A stretch of 45,173 nucleotides of DNA from Asterionella formosa (GCA_002256025.1 NKIB01014304.1:1-45173); one strand, 5' to 3'. Counted from the stretch's first letter, positions 23,400 through 39,835 are shown. Numbers and translations: made by a program. Notes: a model not told the origin generated them from the letters alone.

Positions 23400-26300
23400 A
23401 ACACACCTTCCAATCTCCTTTTGAGCTTGTCAGGTTCTTAGTTATTGGACTCCCCTCCTCCCTCATCTCCTTGTTCATTGACCTTGTTGATCTCCCTTGT
23501 CCCCTCCTTCATTGCAGGTTGTGAGCCCAAGCTATTCTCTTGCAATTCAAATAAAAAATTCAACATTTTAATTCGTCAACTTGCGCGTACTTCGTCGTCA
23601 TCTTCACATATTTGCTCTCTATTGGATTGTGATAACTCCTTGACATTAAACTCCAAGTCAATCATCAGCTATTCTATCTAGCTATTGTTACTGTTGAAGC
23701 GAGTTATCCAATCAAAGAAAGAAAAGAAACATTGTGAAATTTCAAACAGCCACCATTGCCTATTTCGTTTCGTGGTGCATCTAAATCACTACTGGTGACC
23801 AGATGTACCTTTCTACAAGTGGATACCAGAGTAATTTTCTGTGGACAAGGTTGCTCCACATTTGTTACACTTAATTTCTGTGGACAAGGGTACTCCCCAT
23901 TTGTTCTCCTTCCAGAGTTCTCAGAGACAGCTGGTGTTCTGTGATACGCACGTCGATCTGGACAGCTTCCTCACTTAAACTTAAACCATGTCATTTATCG
24001 TCTATCTATGGTGGCGCAATTTTACATCGATTATTGCAAAAAGGGGTTCATTGTGATTCTTGTGGTACATAATAAGTAGTGAGGGCACTCACTAAAATAT
24101 AGTCCTCGAGCTCCTTGCACCCCTGTACATGATTGTACACCAACCTCATATTCTTTATATCCTGGCTGGTTGTGTGTAATCCCGGTTCCGATTTTAAATT
24201 TTATTTACGGTGCATCGATCGTCTGTCAGCGTGCTCCTGAGTACAAGTCGTGTTTTTGTGCAGACCGCACTGCCTTGCAGTACTTGGCTCGCGTTGCTCC
24301 ATCTAGCATTGATTGTCAACATCTGTTTTCTTCTTCTCTTGTTGTAATACTTGCATTTGCTTAGTACTGAATAAATCAAGTAATTGGTGTGGATCACATT
24401 TATTCAACGCAACACCAAAACTACACAATCCTAGTATCTTCAATGAGCAAACACAGTTTCCATACTTGACAGTTCAAAAAATCCAACAACCCTTACTACC
24501 TCGACGAATTCCACATTGCTTGCTCTTGAGAAAATTCGTGCCGATTCAACCTATTGAATTCACCCACAGTGTGGTATCGTTTCTCTGAACTTCAACAAAA
24601 CTGGTTGAGAGACGTATATTATTATATTCATACTCTTCTTGAAATCTCATCAGACGAAAGTTTCCCATCTGATTGTCATCTTCAATTCGGCAGGTTTGTT
24701 AGCTAGTAGTCACTTGCCGACTGATCAAGGTGGACCTACGTCGACTTGTTTTTGGACCTCTTCTTGGTCCCACCCATGCTCACCTGACTATCACGGAGAC
24801 CAATCAAATCCTTGCGTTAGGGCCCAAGAATACTCCTTTTCAGTTTAACTATACACTCGCGCTCGAGTTGCATATTCGCGACAACGTGAAATTACTCAGA
24901 CAATTTGGGATATCGGAAGGATATACAGAAGGGGAGCATCTCTTGAGACACTTGTCTGATCAAGCATCTTAATCTATACCACCAGCTTGTGACTCTACAT
25001 AATCCTCCTGTTGTACTTCATACCATTGCGGAAGCATTGATAAGTTTAAGTGACGCATTGGCTTTAATCCTACACATGGTTTCTACACATTCTTTCTGTG
25101 GTTTACTCTTCTTATCAGGATGTCGTCTTGACAATTGACATACACCCAAACTACGAGCAACCACGATCATGCTACCCAACGCACTCGTACAACAAGGCAG
25201 AGCAACCACACCACCACCTACACTCACTGAGCACCCCCAACGTTCCACACGCCTTCACGGTACATAGTCTCCATGTATCCCAGACGTTTCTCCTACCAGC
25301 CAACCGCATCTTTTCCGTGGTTCGGATCGCCAGCTGCATCTTTAATCGCGATACTTGGAACCCCTACTGCAACATCACGTGTCCCCCCCCAGCGGCTTCT
25401 ACTAATCCTACCATGCGTCAAATCGTACCATACCCCCCTATGACGATAAGCATATAATCTGACCCGTTTCATGATCATATGACAACACATGGTCGACGCC
25501 AAAATTCCTGCTACTACAACCACCGTATGTCACTTGAAGAGCAATTCAATACTGCGCCCCACAGTCAAGTCTCTGTGGCTCGAAATATAGCTAGTTCCTT
25601 TCTTGGACGCCCGCTCAACATATAGTGGCCAACAGTATCTCCTGAGGTTGCCTGGTTCCAAAGTTCAACCACTACTCTGCTTGGTCCCTACTATGGTGGT
25701 CAATATACCCAAATTAATAAAACATTCACAAAACTCGTTACACTTGATTCCGCACACTTATTTGCACGGTATAATACACTTCGCTCAGCCTTCAATTCCA
25801 CAGGATTTCATATGGATTTGCTCCCACAAGTGATGGACATGGTCTATGATGCTGATCTCCAAGATTCTCCAATTGATGCTGAGCTTCTTGAAGGAATGAG
25901 CATCAAATTTGGTCCCAAACTCGGTATAACAGCAACTTCTCAGTATTTTCAAAGTGAACATTGTCGATTTAGCAACATTCTCTATTCTGCTCTCAACCAT
26001 GGCGACATGATACTTCCTCTTCACCAGGGTGATCAAGCTAAGGACATACTTGAGAAATATAGCCCAACTGGAGATGAATTTGGTGTGCTTCAAGATTTTT
26101 TACTCTTATTTAACCCTGGTTTAAGAGATAATCAAGCACCTAGTTTCCCTGACCATACAGCAAAGGCACGACCACAATACACTCTTACCAGGAATCAGAC
26201 CACAATGGATGGTCTCACTTGTTACAATACGCAATATACCCAATGGCTTGCTCTCTTGCATCTCTAGCTATCCTGAACATTCAACTTTCGTAAAGTTGAC

Positions 26301-29300
26301 ATTACCTTGCATTATTTAAATGGTTTAGGAGCGAGTCAATGCTCACTATCTTCAAGAAGAATTACTTGCACTCCGGGTTATCAAAACAAATGATCTCCGA
26401 CTGCATTCAGAGCACCTTCCAGCAAAAAATATTCCAAAGAGATTACAAGTGGAAAGTCTATACATCAAACTCAAGTCACTCCTCCAACATTTACCTACTC
26501 CTCCATCATTCCACACTTGGGATCACTCTACCTGTTAACAAGGCTGATATGGTTTCAGTCTCTACTATTGACATTGCACACACATTGGAATGTGCTCTTC
26601 AAGGCCACCCTGATACCACTAGTACTACTCATGACCACAATCCCATTCATGCGCTCATGATTTCTGCCATTAATCGCGCAAGAGTTCCTAACCCTCACCA
26701 TATATGTCTCTTTCCTTGGGGTGGCTTCAAGCATGACCCTCTCTGTTGTTGCATTTGTTTTCCCAATGGGAAAGAATATTCTTTCAAGTTGTTGACCTTT
26801 GATGATGCAGACTACATCATTGTCCATTTACATAAACCATCTTTAGGGATTACCAGCTCTGCTATTGACCTTATCAAAACCATGAAACCCTTCGGACTCT
26901 ATCATCTCATTCATCTTCAAATGGGCTGTCCAGGCCGGCGTGCTATTGTATTATTAATCAATGGAACCAGCGTTATGGGTCTCCCTTTCTTTAATGTGGT
27001 CCCTATACCAGACAAATTCTCCTGTCCAATCTGTCTCAAAGAAAAACTACCATCCTTGTCCAGAGGTCCTATTGCTGAATCTCCTTTCAAGGTTCTTGGA
27101 AGTCTTATCCACATGAATTTTGAATGCTATGGTAAACAATCCTGCCGTGGATTTAAATGCTTTATAGTAGTACTAGCAGAAGCGATCTCTAATCATCGTT
27201 GGACATTCTGTTGTCAATCATGCACTACCCCAGTGAAACTCATCCTTTGGATCATTCAGCACTTGCAGATCCATACTGGCAACCCTGAGCCCCATTTTCG
27301 TATGGATCGGGAATTCTTTGCTAACCACACGCTCAAGACCAAGTTATCTCTGCTGCACATCTTGGTGGAGCCCACTGGCGCGTAATCATCCTCGCAAAAC
27401 GGAAAAGCTGAGGTCTCCATTAAACTTATTGGACTCATGGCTCAATGTCTCTTATATGGAGCAAAAATGGATCCCTCACTATGGTGTTATGCTGTCACCC
27501 ACTATGTCACTTTTCTTCTTAATGTTTGGCCTAGTGATGCCAATAATGGTCGCGCCCCTCATGAAGTGTTCCACAAACATGCACCTAATTTATCAATGGC
27601 TATTATTTTTGGCTCTCCACTCCATGTCAAGAGTCGACGCGCCAGTTGACATCGTCCTGATTCTATTACACTTCTTGGGACTTTTGTGGGTTTCCAATGG
27701 ACTGCGCACATTTACCAATATAGTAGTGGAGATTCCGGTCGGGTCCACCAATGTGCTCATCATGCTGTGTTTGATGAACTTTTTGTTCACAGACTTCCTA
27801 GTGATCGGTCTCCAGCAGCAAAAGCTCTCCTGAATCACTCAGCTGTTGATGTTTCCATTGCAACACACACAGCCGCTTTGAAAACAGCAATCTCTGATCT
27901 AATCCCTAGTTGTTCACCATGGCTAAATCACTACATGTCCATTACAGAAATTTCTGATCTCTTACCAGATGAGGCACCACATGGCTTGCTTACTTCTTCA
28001 TTACCATGCCGACCAAGTACGATGCAAGACAATTAGGATCGAACCCAATAGTGCATTTGGGCGTCGTATGACAAAGGGCCCTGTACAAATATTAAAGGGT
28101 AGAGTGCTGTTACAGATTAACGGAAATGACGTACGCACTATCAATGATGCTGAAGAGATACTTGATGGAAATGTACTCGCTAAACATGGGCGTCTTTCAT
28201 TAAGTGATCCTCATGATCCACGATTCGTTCCTGGTATGCTCACCAACCTCAATCTACTGTCAGTGAAATCTACTGTCAGTGAAGAAACCATGCATGAACC
28301 ATGACTGGAAAGTTACATTCTCCTTTGGTGCAGGGGATATCAGTGTGCTTTGCTCAGGCTTAACTGTCTCTTCCATCACTTCTCATCCCAATACGCACAC
28401 TCTGTCCACGATCGTTTCATGAAGCGATGAAAGGACCATTCCGAGGAGAATGGACCGCGGCGCTCTTTCATCATCTAGATAACTGTCATAGCATTGGAAC
28501 ATTTGGAGCTCCAGGCCTTCCACCCCAAGATAAAACTCTGCTTCCGGCTGTTTTGGTTCTCAAACATGTGGTGAATTCAGCCAAACAGATAAATGATTGC
28601 AAAGTCCGGCTATGTGTGAATGGCAGCAATCAAATTAAAGGCGTGAATTATACTGAATCTTTTGCTCCCACCATACTTGCCATGTCAATCAAAGTTTTTT
28701 TGGCTATTGGCATGTATATTCATTAAGATTTCTATCATCTCGATATTAGCAATGCCTTTCAAAATACTCCAGCTCCACCTAATGATGCAGCAGGGAACCG
28801 TATCTGGCTCAAAGCTTTTCCTGACTATATGCTCTGGTATCAAACCAGATTTCCAGCCAGTTCAATATAAAACTATTGAACACACATTCCCACTGGCCAA
28901 ACAATCTTGGAAAATCTTGTTGTGCGCGGAAATGTTTGCTCATGTCCAAGGGCGCAGAGATGCTTCTCTAGAATGAGGAGAACATGTTGATAAAGTGCTC
29001 TGTTGACAACTGGGCCTAATCAAAAATAGCGCAGATCAATGCATCTACCAAGGTACAATCAATCAATGTCATGTCATCTTAGCCAGAGCCACTGATGATA
29101 TTTTGGTAGGAACTTTGTCACTGGATACATACAACCATATTGTTACTACTCTTGAATCTCACTGGAAGATGAACAATATGGGGCCGCAAGTCTCTCATTT
29201 TTTGGGTCTTAGATTCCTGTTTAGTTCCAATTGTATGAAAATTGACCAAACTCTTATGGTTAATGAAATTATACTTCAATATGTTTATGGTTCATCCTAG

Positions 29301-30050
29301 GATAAACAAATTATCTCGAAAACCAACATGATTCCTATGCTCAGTGGTGTACAACATGAAGAAGCACTCGCTAGTTGTATGCCATACTCTCCAAGTGAAC
29401 TTCATAAAGCGATTCAACTTTATGGTTTTTAATATAGGACGTTGTTGGGGCAATTTCAACATCTATGCCACCAATGGACCAGGCTTGATATACAAACAGA
29501 TGCACAAAGGCTGGTTCAATATCAAAATGCTCCTGGATCATTACATTTTGATGCATTACTACAAATTGCAAAATTGTTACCTGCGTCGCTCAATATCCGG
29601 ATATTCCAGTTGTTTTCAACAGAAATGTATCTCGGGGTTCCACAGTTTCGGTTTCACATATATCAGTCAAGCTGCTCCGTGGTTGGGTGAACCTACAGTC
29701 ATCAGCGTTGAAGCTCACCAATTTGACAAAGATCAAACTTTCTGGCATATGCCCCATAATACGACGGTCTGATCTCCACTTCATCAGTATCCGCCTCGTT
29801 ACCATCCACACTTGTTCAAGAACAGAAACATTTTTCTAATATCAGCAAACCTCTTCTTGGAATAGCACCTACCACCAAAGGCTATGCAGATTCTGACTTT
29901 GGAAGTGCCATATTTGACCGGTTAGCATATTCTGGTGGTGCAGTCAATCAAACTGTGCTGCAAACAAAGTACAACATCATACAATACCACTACTGAAGCA
30001 GAGCTTGATACAGCCACCACCTTATCTAAACATGTTTTGTGGATACGCAT
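23400..30050 (+). mobile_element. Degenerate Ty1/copia (diatom CoDi-like) retrotransposon, 3'-truncated
   Basis: Domain order: gag-like (25812-26267), zinc motif HLQMGC...CPICLKEK, integrase (IHMNFE...FRMDREF...SSSQNGKAE...LWCYAV), SH3-like (GTFVGF...HAVFDE), RT (KVRLCVNGSNQIKGVNYTESFAPT, HLDISNAFQ, RATDDIL), RNase H (GYADSDF...TTEAEL...WIR). Integrase precedes RT, the copia order. Many stops and frameshifts; the left boundary is approximate. Confidence 0.9.
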
Positions 30051-30476
30051 TTGCAATGAAGTTTATGGCTACATCCTGGGGAAGAGTTATGATTGAAACA
30101 ATTCAAAAATGTTTTGAAGCATGTGTGTTCGATATGTGATGAAGAATGTGTATCAGTACCAGAGGAAAAATGAAATGGAGGAGCTGATGGAGAGGCTTGA
30201 AGAAGTTGATGTTCATTTTGTACAAGATTGTACTGGAGATTATGTAATCAAAATTTTGTTGCTGAATATATTTATGAAGGGGATTGGGAGGATGACAATG
30301 CCTTGGATAAAGGAGGTATCATGACAGCAATCAGTGATATGTTAAATAATGTTCCTATAACCTCACAAGATGCTTTGTTTGGTGGTTTAAAAACAGCACT
30401 GATGTATGCGACAGAAGATGATTTATTTGAGCAGGAGCTTCCATCGCTTGAAATAATTGACTCGGTTCAGAAATGA
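30051..30476 (+). pseudogene. C-terminal fragment of a transposon gene with a Cys-rich (zinc-finger-like) motif, convergent with the Ulp1-like relic
   Basis: Frames read HVCSICDEEC...CSFCTRLYWRLCNQ...LFEQELPSLEIIDSVQK* with stops. Confidence 0.35.
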
Positions 30477-30669
30477 TCTCATTCTAGACTTATTCAGTCT
30501 CCAATCGATTCGTTTTTTCTTCCAAATGAAAATCAAAAGTTTAATAAACTGCAAATTATTTCTTTCAACCTTCCTGCCTTCTTTTTTGCATATTTTTCAT
30601 ATTGTGTACCCTGTTATTGTAGTACGTACAAAACAGCGTAAACTTGCTTGCGGAACCTCCTTATAAGAT

Positions 30670-31286
30670 ACACCTCTCTATAGAATAAAAAAAAGGTTCC
30701 ACTGTCCCTCAATCCACATATCCAGTAAAACAACATAAATTAATTAGAAGTGAAATAAGCTTTCACCAATTGCACTACTTTTCAAATGCTTAGATTCAAT
30801 CATTGCTCGACTTATGGGTACATTCTATATTTAGATATGATACTAAGGACCTCATTTCTGGAGAGAAAGTGCAGTTATGAATCATAAAATCGTACCTATC
30901 GCAAAAATAGTTTAAAAAATCTATGATCCAAAAATCCTCCTCCAAAAAGTCGACCTGGTCAGCTTTTTCAATAGTCACCAAAATATCGGAATCGGAATTT
31001 GTACGTGTGAAAGGGTTCTTATAGATATAGGAGTCTTGCATAGGTATATTTGCCTTCATAATTCTCTGTACGAAAAGACTCCATGGTAAGTTCCCGCGTC
31101 ACTAGACTGCTCCAGGTTGGCTGGATTATACCGGTCTTGTAAAATCACACCAGCCTCACTTGAAGCACATGTATTAGATTCATCAGTAAAACCAGTAACA
31201 CCAGTAGTTTCATGTTCAAGTTCAACATGAGAAGGTGCTTGCATCTTACTGTTGTTGTATATACATCGTGCATTTGTCCTTCTCAA
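30670..31286 (-). pseudogene. Transposon-borne gene relic, possibly a Ulp1/C48-like peptidase; homologous to the ORF remnants at 42696-43140 and 44220-44665
   Basis: SDSDILVTIEKADQVDFLEED matches SDSDVWVTVEKADIVEFLDDD in the downstream elements. FLEEDFWIIDFLNYF...CTFSP and VVLLDMWIEGQWNLFFI resemble Ulp1 segments, but Q stands where the catalytic H is expected. Confidence 0.4.
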
Positions 31287-34219
31287 ATGATCGGTAAGTC
31301 CGCTGATTACATTCTTGGCAGCGGGATGTTGCGCACTTCCTCCACCATCCTCTGTGACTGCTATATCTCATTTGTAAGCTCTTCCTCTTTTCTTGTCGGT
31401 CTTTTCTTGTTGAATAATTAAAAGTCTTGCACTATTGATTGCTTCGCTTCGTTTGCGTTTCCTTGTGGTTTTTTTCTTGAATTTGGCATCATTTGTTCGC
31501 TTTTTTGCCGTTGACTCCAAAAGGTTTGTTGTTGGGTTGACATTGTCATCCCCAAAATTACTTAACCATCTGATATGGTGTATTTTTCAGCACCTTGTGT
31601 GTGTTGTCCCACCACTGGCACTACTCGATCAAGCAGGCTTCGGGAGCCAGCAACAATTGTTTTGGACTACGCCTCGCAACAACATTGTTCATCGCCTCAT
31701 TCATTTGTGTATCAATGGGTGATGTAATACTTTGAGCTTCTCACCCTTTTGCCAACATTTTCAATCAACCAATCGAACATTTTCTTGTTGTCGTCAATGA
31801 TCCGGTTTTTTTCGCTTTTGCAGGACACCATTCCGGAGTACAGTGCTCATGAATGTCAAATAAATGATAGATTGGCGCCATTGATGCTGCTCGGAAATCT
31901 TCAAATATTTTATGTCGATTTTTAAAAATGAAGCATCCATGATAGATTTTAATGAATGCATTGCATTTATCTCAGTTGGTAGATGCTACGTATCTTTAGC
32001 TCTCACGCAGTAAAAGTTGCTAGAAAAATGTTTCTACACAATTTGTTTGTTTTAATTGTTTTTATAAAAGAGTGAGCTTAATGTAAATGTAAATTTGAAT
32101 GTATAATTTTGAAACTTCCAAGCTAATGCATGTTTCAAAATAGAGGTGCTCTTTGGAGGCGAGGTTCATTTGTGTTCCCAACTTGAACTGGGAATAAAAT
32201 ACATCCTCTTCCTAAATACACATTTGTCTTAATCTTGGCCTGTCTCAACTTAGGCCAGATGCTGTTTGATCGAAGACTGCTTACAGAATGATTCTGTTAA
32301 TCATAACTAGTAGATAATATCTAGTCTGCTTATTTAATGTTCCTTGATTTTGCGGACATATCTGTAATTGTCTTGTCAATCATTTATTGATTTGGCCTCT
32401 AGGTCTGATCGTCTTTTAGTGTCCAATTAATAGGTTAGAGAGAACTTCTCCTGAAAGTTCCTCTCTCAACTGTGGCATTTTACACGTGATATTAAACCAT
32501 GTGTCCTTGACTCAATCATCTAGTGGATTGTGGTACATGTTCCTAATCAGGTCACTAGAGACGAAAATATATTGACACTCTCATAACCTGATCTGGAATC
32601 AGGAATCCCTATATGTTTCAACTATCTCTTATTGATTTTTGGTATTTGATTCTTTGTATGAGGACGCCAGCAGCGATTCGTTGTCTAACAGATGCGGTTG
32701 GTTGTTGGATTGCTTGTCTTCTCGAGGAATTCATGTAGTCGCATCGTCCATATTTCGTCGGACGAACGATGATATCGATACATCTGATGTTGGCGGCAAG
32801 TTTTTGCTCCTGTCATGCATCTGATGATGCTGGATACTCAACCATTAGTCACCTAGTCTAGTACATACGTACGTGGTACTAAAAACAACCATGCATGGTT
32901 GAACCTAAACTTTAACGCTTACTTTGAACATGTTATAATATTATCTCTGTAGACTCGGTATTGTTTTTACGAGACCAGAATGTTAAATTAGATCGTTCAC
33001 ATATTGATTGATTTTACGTAGTACCGTATGCCCGATTTCGTCCTCACAATTATAATTCTCACTCTATCCTGCCTGCCGTTGCTCAATTCGGGCTTGCAAC
33101 AGGAACTTTCGACTTTCTCATGAGCCCATCGTCTGCTGTGTGTTACGCTTGTTAGAGCGGATTGGTGAGTACAACAGTGAAACACTGAATGTGATTGTAG
33201 ATACTAATTGTCGAAGTTCCGATTTGATTGCTTCCATGGTCCATTTTGATCGCTTCCATCGTTGTTTGTCGTTCCACCCTGTCGTTTTGTTTCGATAGTA
33301 TATATCTATATAAGAACCAGTGTTTTTCCCGATGACTACTCTTTGACGACATATTGTTGCTGATCGTATTTGTTGATTTGTATAGTCATTTACCATGATG
33401 TCAATATTGCCGCCAAGCAATGCTTTTCTTGTTCTAATGCACTTTGCTACATTTCTACTACGAGTTTGTATCACAAGCTACACAAATACTCAGCTAGAGA
33501 GAGTCAATAGTGCTGGAGCAGCATGGCGATCACGCTTGCTCAGAATGGAATGATCAGGGTTGCTTGTTTGGTGCTGCTGCTGGGCGGAGGAATGACTGTG
33601 GCGGAAATACTACTGTGGTGTCAGGCTACTACAGCGATGCACATGGTTGCAGCAACCAGACCATTTACGCTACATAACTATGCAAGTCTAAATTGGGTTC
33701 AGCTTTTTTCTTCTTCTTTCGGCCTTCGATTGTGTGGTGATGGAAAGTCAATGTTGCCAGTGTAAGTACACTACAATGATTCACAATGCATACATCTCCA
33801 TTGAAACTCCAATTTTTCACTTCATTTCTAACCCAAAACAATTTTTTCTATTTCTCATTTGATGCATTTTATTACATCGCATTTCATACTTTGGTTGCTC
33901 CAAACATCATGTTCAATTTTCATTGATGTTGCATGTTGTTACAATCATTCTCGTGTGTTTTATGCTTGTTGTACCATCCTATGCATATTACCGTTATTCT
34001 GGCTGTGATGCTAAAAATCGGCAATTTTAATGCCGAAAAATTCTATGTGCCCCATATTGCCCTTAAATAAAAATTACTTAAGAAATTACTTAGAGCCTAA
34101 AAATTACTTAGAAGTACCCGAATGGCAAGACGATAGCTGGAGCGGGAATTGCTTAATTACACAATCATCAACCATGATTACCGGAAAGCAATAACAGTTA
34201 TTTCATTAATATATTGTGC

Positions 34220-37220
<3,001 letters not shown>

Positions 37221-38234
37221 AGTGACGAGTAACCTGGATTGTCGCGGAATGAAAGCGAGTCTCAAAGACAGCGGGAAGGTAGAATGAACGGCCGACACGA
37301 AGAACAAAACCAACAACGTCAACAAGAGTGCTACTCTAGAAACTCTACTACCGGTACCGGTATTTGTATATCAGTGTGATGCGTAGAATAATGCTTACTG
37401 CTATACCGGTATAGTCTTGCCAAATGTTTTTACCTTGTTGTATTTTATATTTGCAAGTACCAGTATTGCTTATTTTACACATGGTATTGCACAATTACAG
37501 CATATCAACATCAAGGAGCAAAATTGCTGGTAAAGCCGAATGATGGTGAGGAGAGACGCACAGCATGAGTTGTACTTCCACGCGGCGGATTGAATCTAAA
37601 TCTGTTCCTCAAGGCAGTACCAGGTACCAATTATCATAACTATAGATATGTAAGCATACCGTACTATTTGTAAGGCCACCACGACCCCACCTCAGCTGAT
37701 GCTGTACGTACTGCATGATGGCATGATGATATATATTTTTATGTATTGTTAATCTACCGGTACCGGTACTGGTAATACCGGTACCGTAGTCCCTTTATTT
37801 AATGCAAACATAACTACCAGTACATATTATTATCATAAATGAATGATGAGGCGACGATAGGAAATGCTTGAAATCATTGCATGTGTGTTAGGGCCAATCT
37901 GCTTAACAGAGATACAAAAATCAAAAAAATGTTGCTTGGCCCAATTTTTTGTATCTCACATATCCGGGTGATATGTTTCTTCCAGCGACACATTTTTTGT
38001 TGCTCCGAAATGTGTATCTGTGTGTATCGCTACAGATATAGCGTTAAGCAACTCTAATTTTATAAATTTAATAAATGTTATGTAATTAAATTAATCAACA
38101 AAGACACCTTTTTTATCTCTAGTAACGGCAACAAAAGAAATGAATTTTGGGAGGAGGGATGCTCAGCAGCAATTATTATTATCTCTAGCTACTCATGGAC
38201 TAATGCTTTTCATCACTTGTAAACGAATTGCGCA

Positions 38235-38890
38235 ATGGCATCATTTGAATCTTTGGACAATGAAACTTACTCTGCAGCAAGAAAACAGGATGACCAGTGG
38301 GTTACAAGCATCACTCCTGCTGAGTTTTTCATTGGCAACGAAGGGTCTTTAAGGACCATAAAAGACATGCTCACTCAACAGATATCGCTACAACAACTTT
38401 GTTGTATTTGTGTTCACTTTAAAATCGCCGGATACAGAAACAAAACAAAGATGATAATGATTACACTCATTAAGAATTGGTTAAAGACTCTGCCTTGATA
38501 TTTGAGACATGATGGCTGGGGTACAACAAAAATTCATCAAAAGAACCAAAGAAGTATCTGAAAAGAAACGGAGCTCCCTTTACTCCTGAATCATCAACAA
38601 GGTTTTCTCCTTGCCTAAAGAAGTATCTGAAAAGAAAAGGCTCTCCCTTTACTCCTGAATCATCAACAAGGAAGTCTCCTTGCCTAATACTATCAAAGCA
38701 ACTTTCTACTACCAGAGAAGATATTGCCAATGACTCAAGTACAGATTCCGAATTATCTCCTTCCCAATTGTCTGCATTTCCATCTCCAGTTCCTGCTGAT
38801 ATTTTATTGGATGACGATTCTAAAAGATCCCACCAGATTATTAAGAAACAGGCCAAGAATCAGAGGAAAAGGAATGCTGCAACTGCTCCC
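38235..38890 (+). pseudogene. 5' part of the Harbinger accessory ORF (position of the Myb/SANT-type gene), with a 69-bp tandem duplication
   Basis: ORF 38235..38498 continues in degraded frames to the capture junction and faces the transposase remnant. AAGAAGTATCTGAAAAGAAA... is duplicated at about 38549 and 38618. No Myb motif was confidently seen. Confidence 0.4.
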
Positions 38891-38892
38891 AA

Positions 38893-39460
38893 ATTCATGC
38901 CGGCTGTACAGCAATCGTGGCAGTTATCATTGGACATACAATAACTGATGCAAATGCTGGGGATTCCCGAGCTGTCCTTTGTAGGGCGGGTGGAAAGACG
39001 GAAGCATTAAGTTTCGACCACTAAGCACAGCAAGATCGAGAAATGGATAGAATTCACAAGGCTGGTCGATTTGTCAACCAATTCGGGCGTGTGAATGGAA
39101 ACTTGAACCTTTCTTGATCCATTGGTGATCATCTGAAATATAAACAAGTTCCTGGAACTCCCCCGCCAATAGGACAAATGATTACAGCGGAACCCGATAT
39201 TGTTTAGGTGATTCTGCATCCAAATGACGAATTCATTATTTTGGGTTGTGATGGTATTTGGGATTGCCTCACTAACGAACAGGCGGTAAAATACGTGAGA
39301 GAGCGAACTGACACCAAGACGCCAGCCAGTAGAGATTGGAATTGAGATGCTAGATGAAATCATTAGTGAAGATCCTCGATCTACCCAACAAGGTATTGGC
39401 GGAGATAACATGATGATTATGGTTATTGATTTGCAACCGCAGCAACGAGCCTACCGGTGA
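38893..39460 (+). pseudogene. Captured 3' fragment of a protein phosphatase 2C (PPM-family) gene
   Basis: IHAGCTAIVAV...ANAGDSRAVLCR...LSFDH*...GRVNGNLNLS*SIGD...ITAEPDI...FIILGCDGIWDCLTNEQAV...GIGGDNM...RAYR*. Three in-frame stops and a frameshift. Confidence 0.92.
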
Positions 39461-39581
39461 AAACTCTATAATTAAAAGTCTCAGTAAGGTAAAAAATGTC
39501 ATTATATTTGTCGAATCATTTCTGACAACAGCTGCATGCAGCAGGTAAGAACCCAATAGTATAGGGTTGGGCAACCGTTTT

Positions 39582-39835
39582 TTAAGGATTCAGACGCTTG
39601 GGGTCACGAGGGAACCAGGCTGCCTTTCGAATGTTAGGCAGCCCTAAAAATAGCATAACGACACGCTCGAGTCCAATACCTCCGCCACCATGGGGAAGAG
39701 CACCATTACGGAACGAGATCACATAATCCTGAATCGCCGATACATCGATTCCCCATGCTTTGGCCCGCTCTTCCAACAAGTCTGGGTCATGAACACGCTG
39801 AGCCCCCGACAAAATTTCTCGTCCACAAATGATGT
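39582..39835 (-). pseudogene. DARS: Captured 3' fragment of a cytosolic aspartyl-tRNA synthetase gene
   Basis: [11 protein letters not shown]...[43 protein letters not shown] is class II motif 3 and the eukaryotic AspRS C-terminus. It is fused directly to the transposase remnant and has no upstream exons. Confidence 0.92.

Larger units (their letters stand above)
30051..34152 (-). mobile_element. Kolobok-like DNA transposon, long copy B (inverted relative to copy A), with decayed internal genes
   Basis: TIR CGAATGGCAAGACGATAGCTGGAGCGGGAATTGC|TTAA at 34119-34156. It shares 1.45 kb with copy A, then has ~2.6 kb of extra degenerate coding sequence. The left boundary abuts the broken copia RNase H. 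Confidence 0.6.

Noticed and set aside
39582..39812. Last exon of a functional aspartyl-tRNA synthetase gene
   Set aside because: No upstream AspRS sequence in the window. It is fused to a transposase stub inside TIRs.
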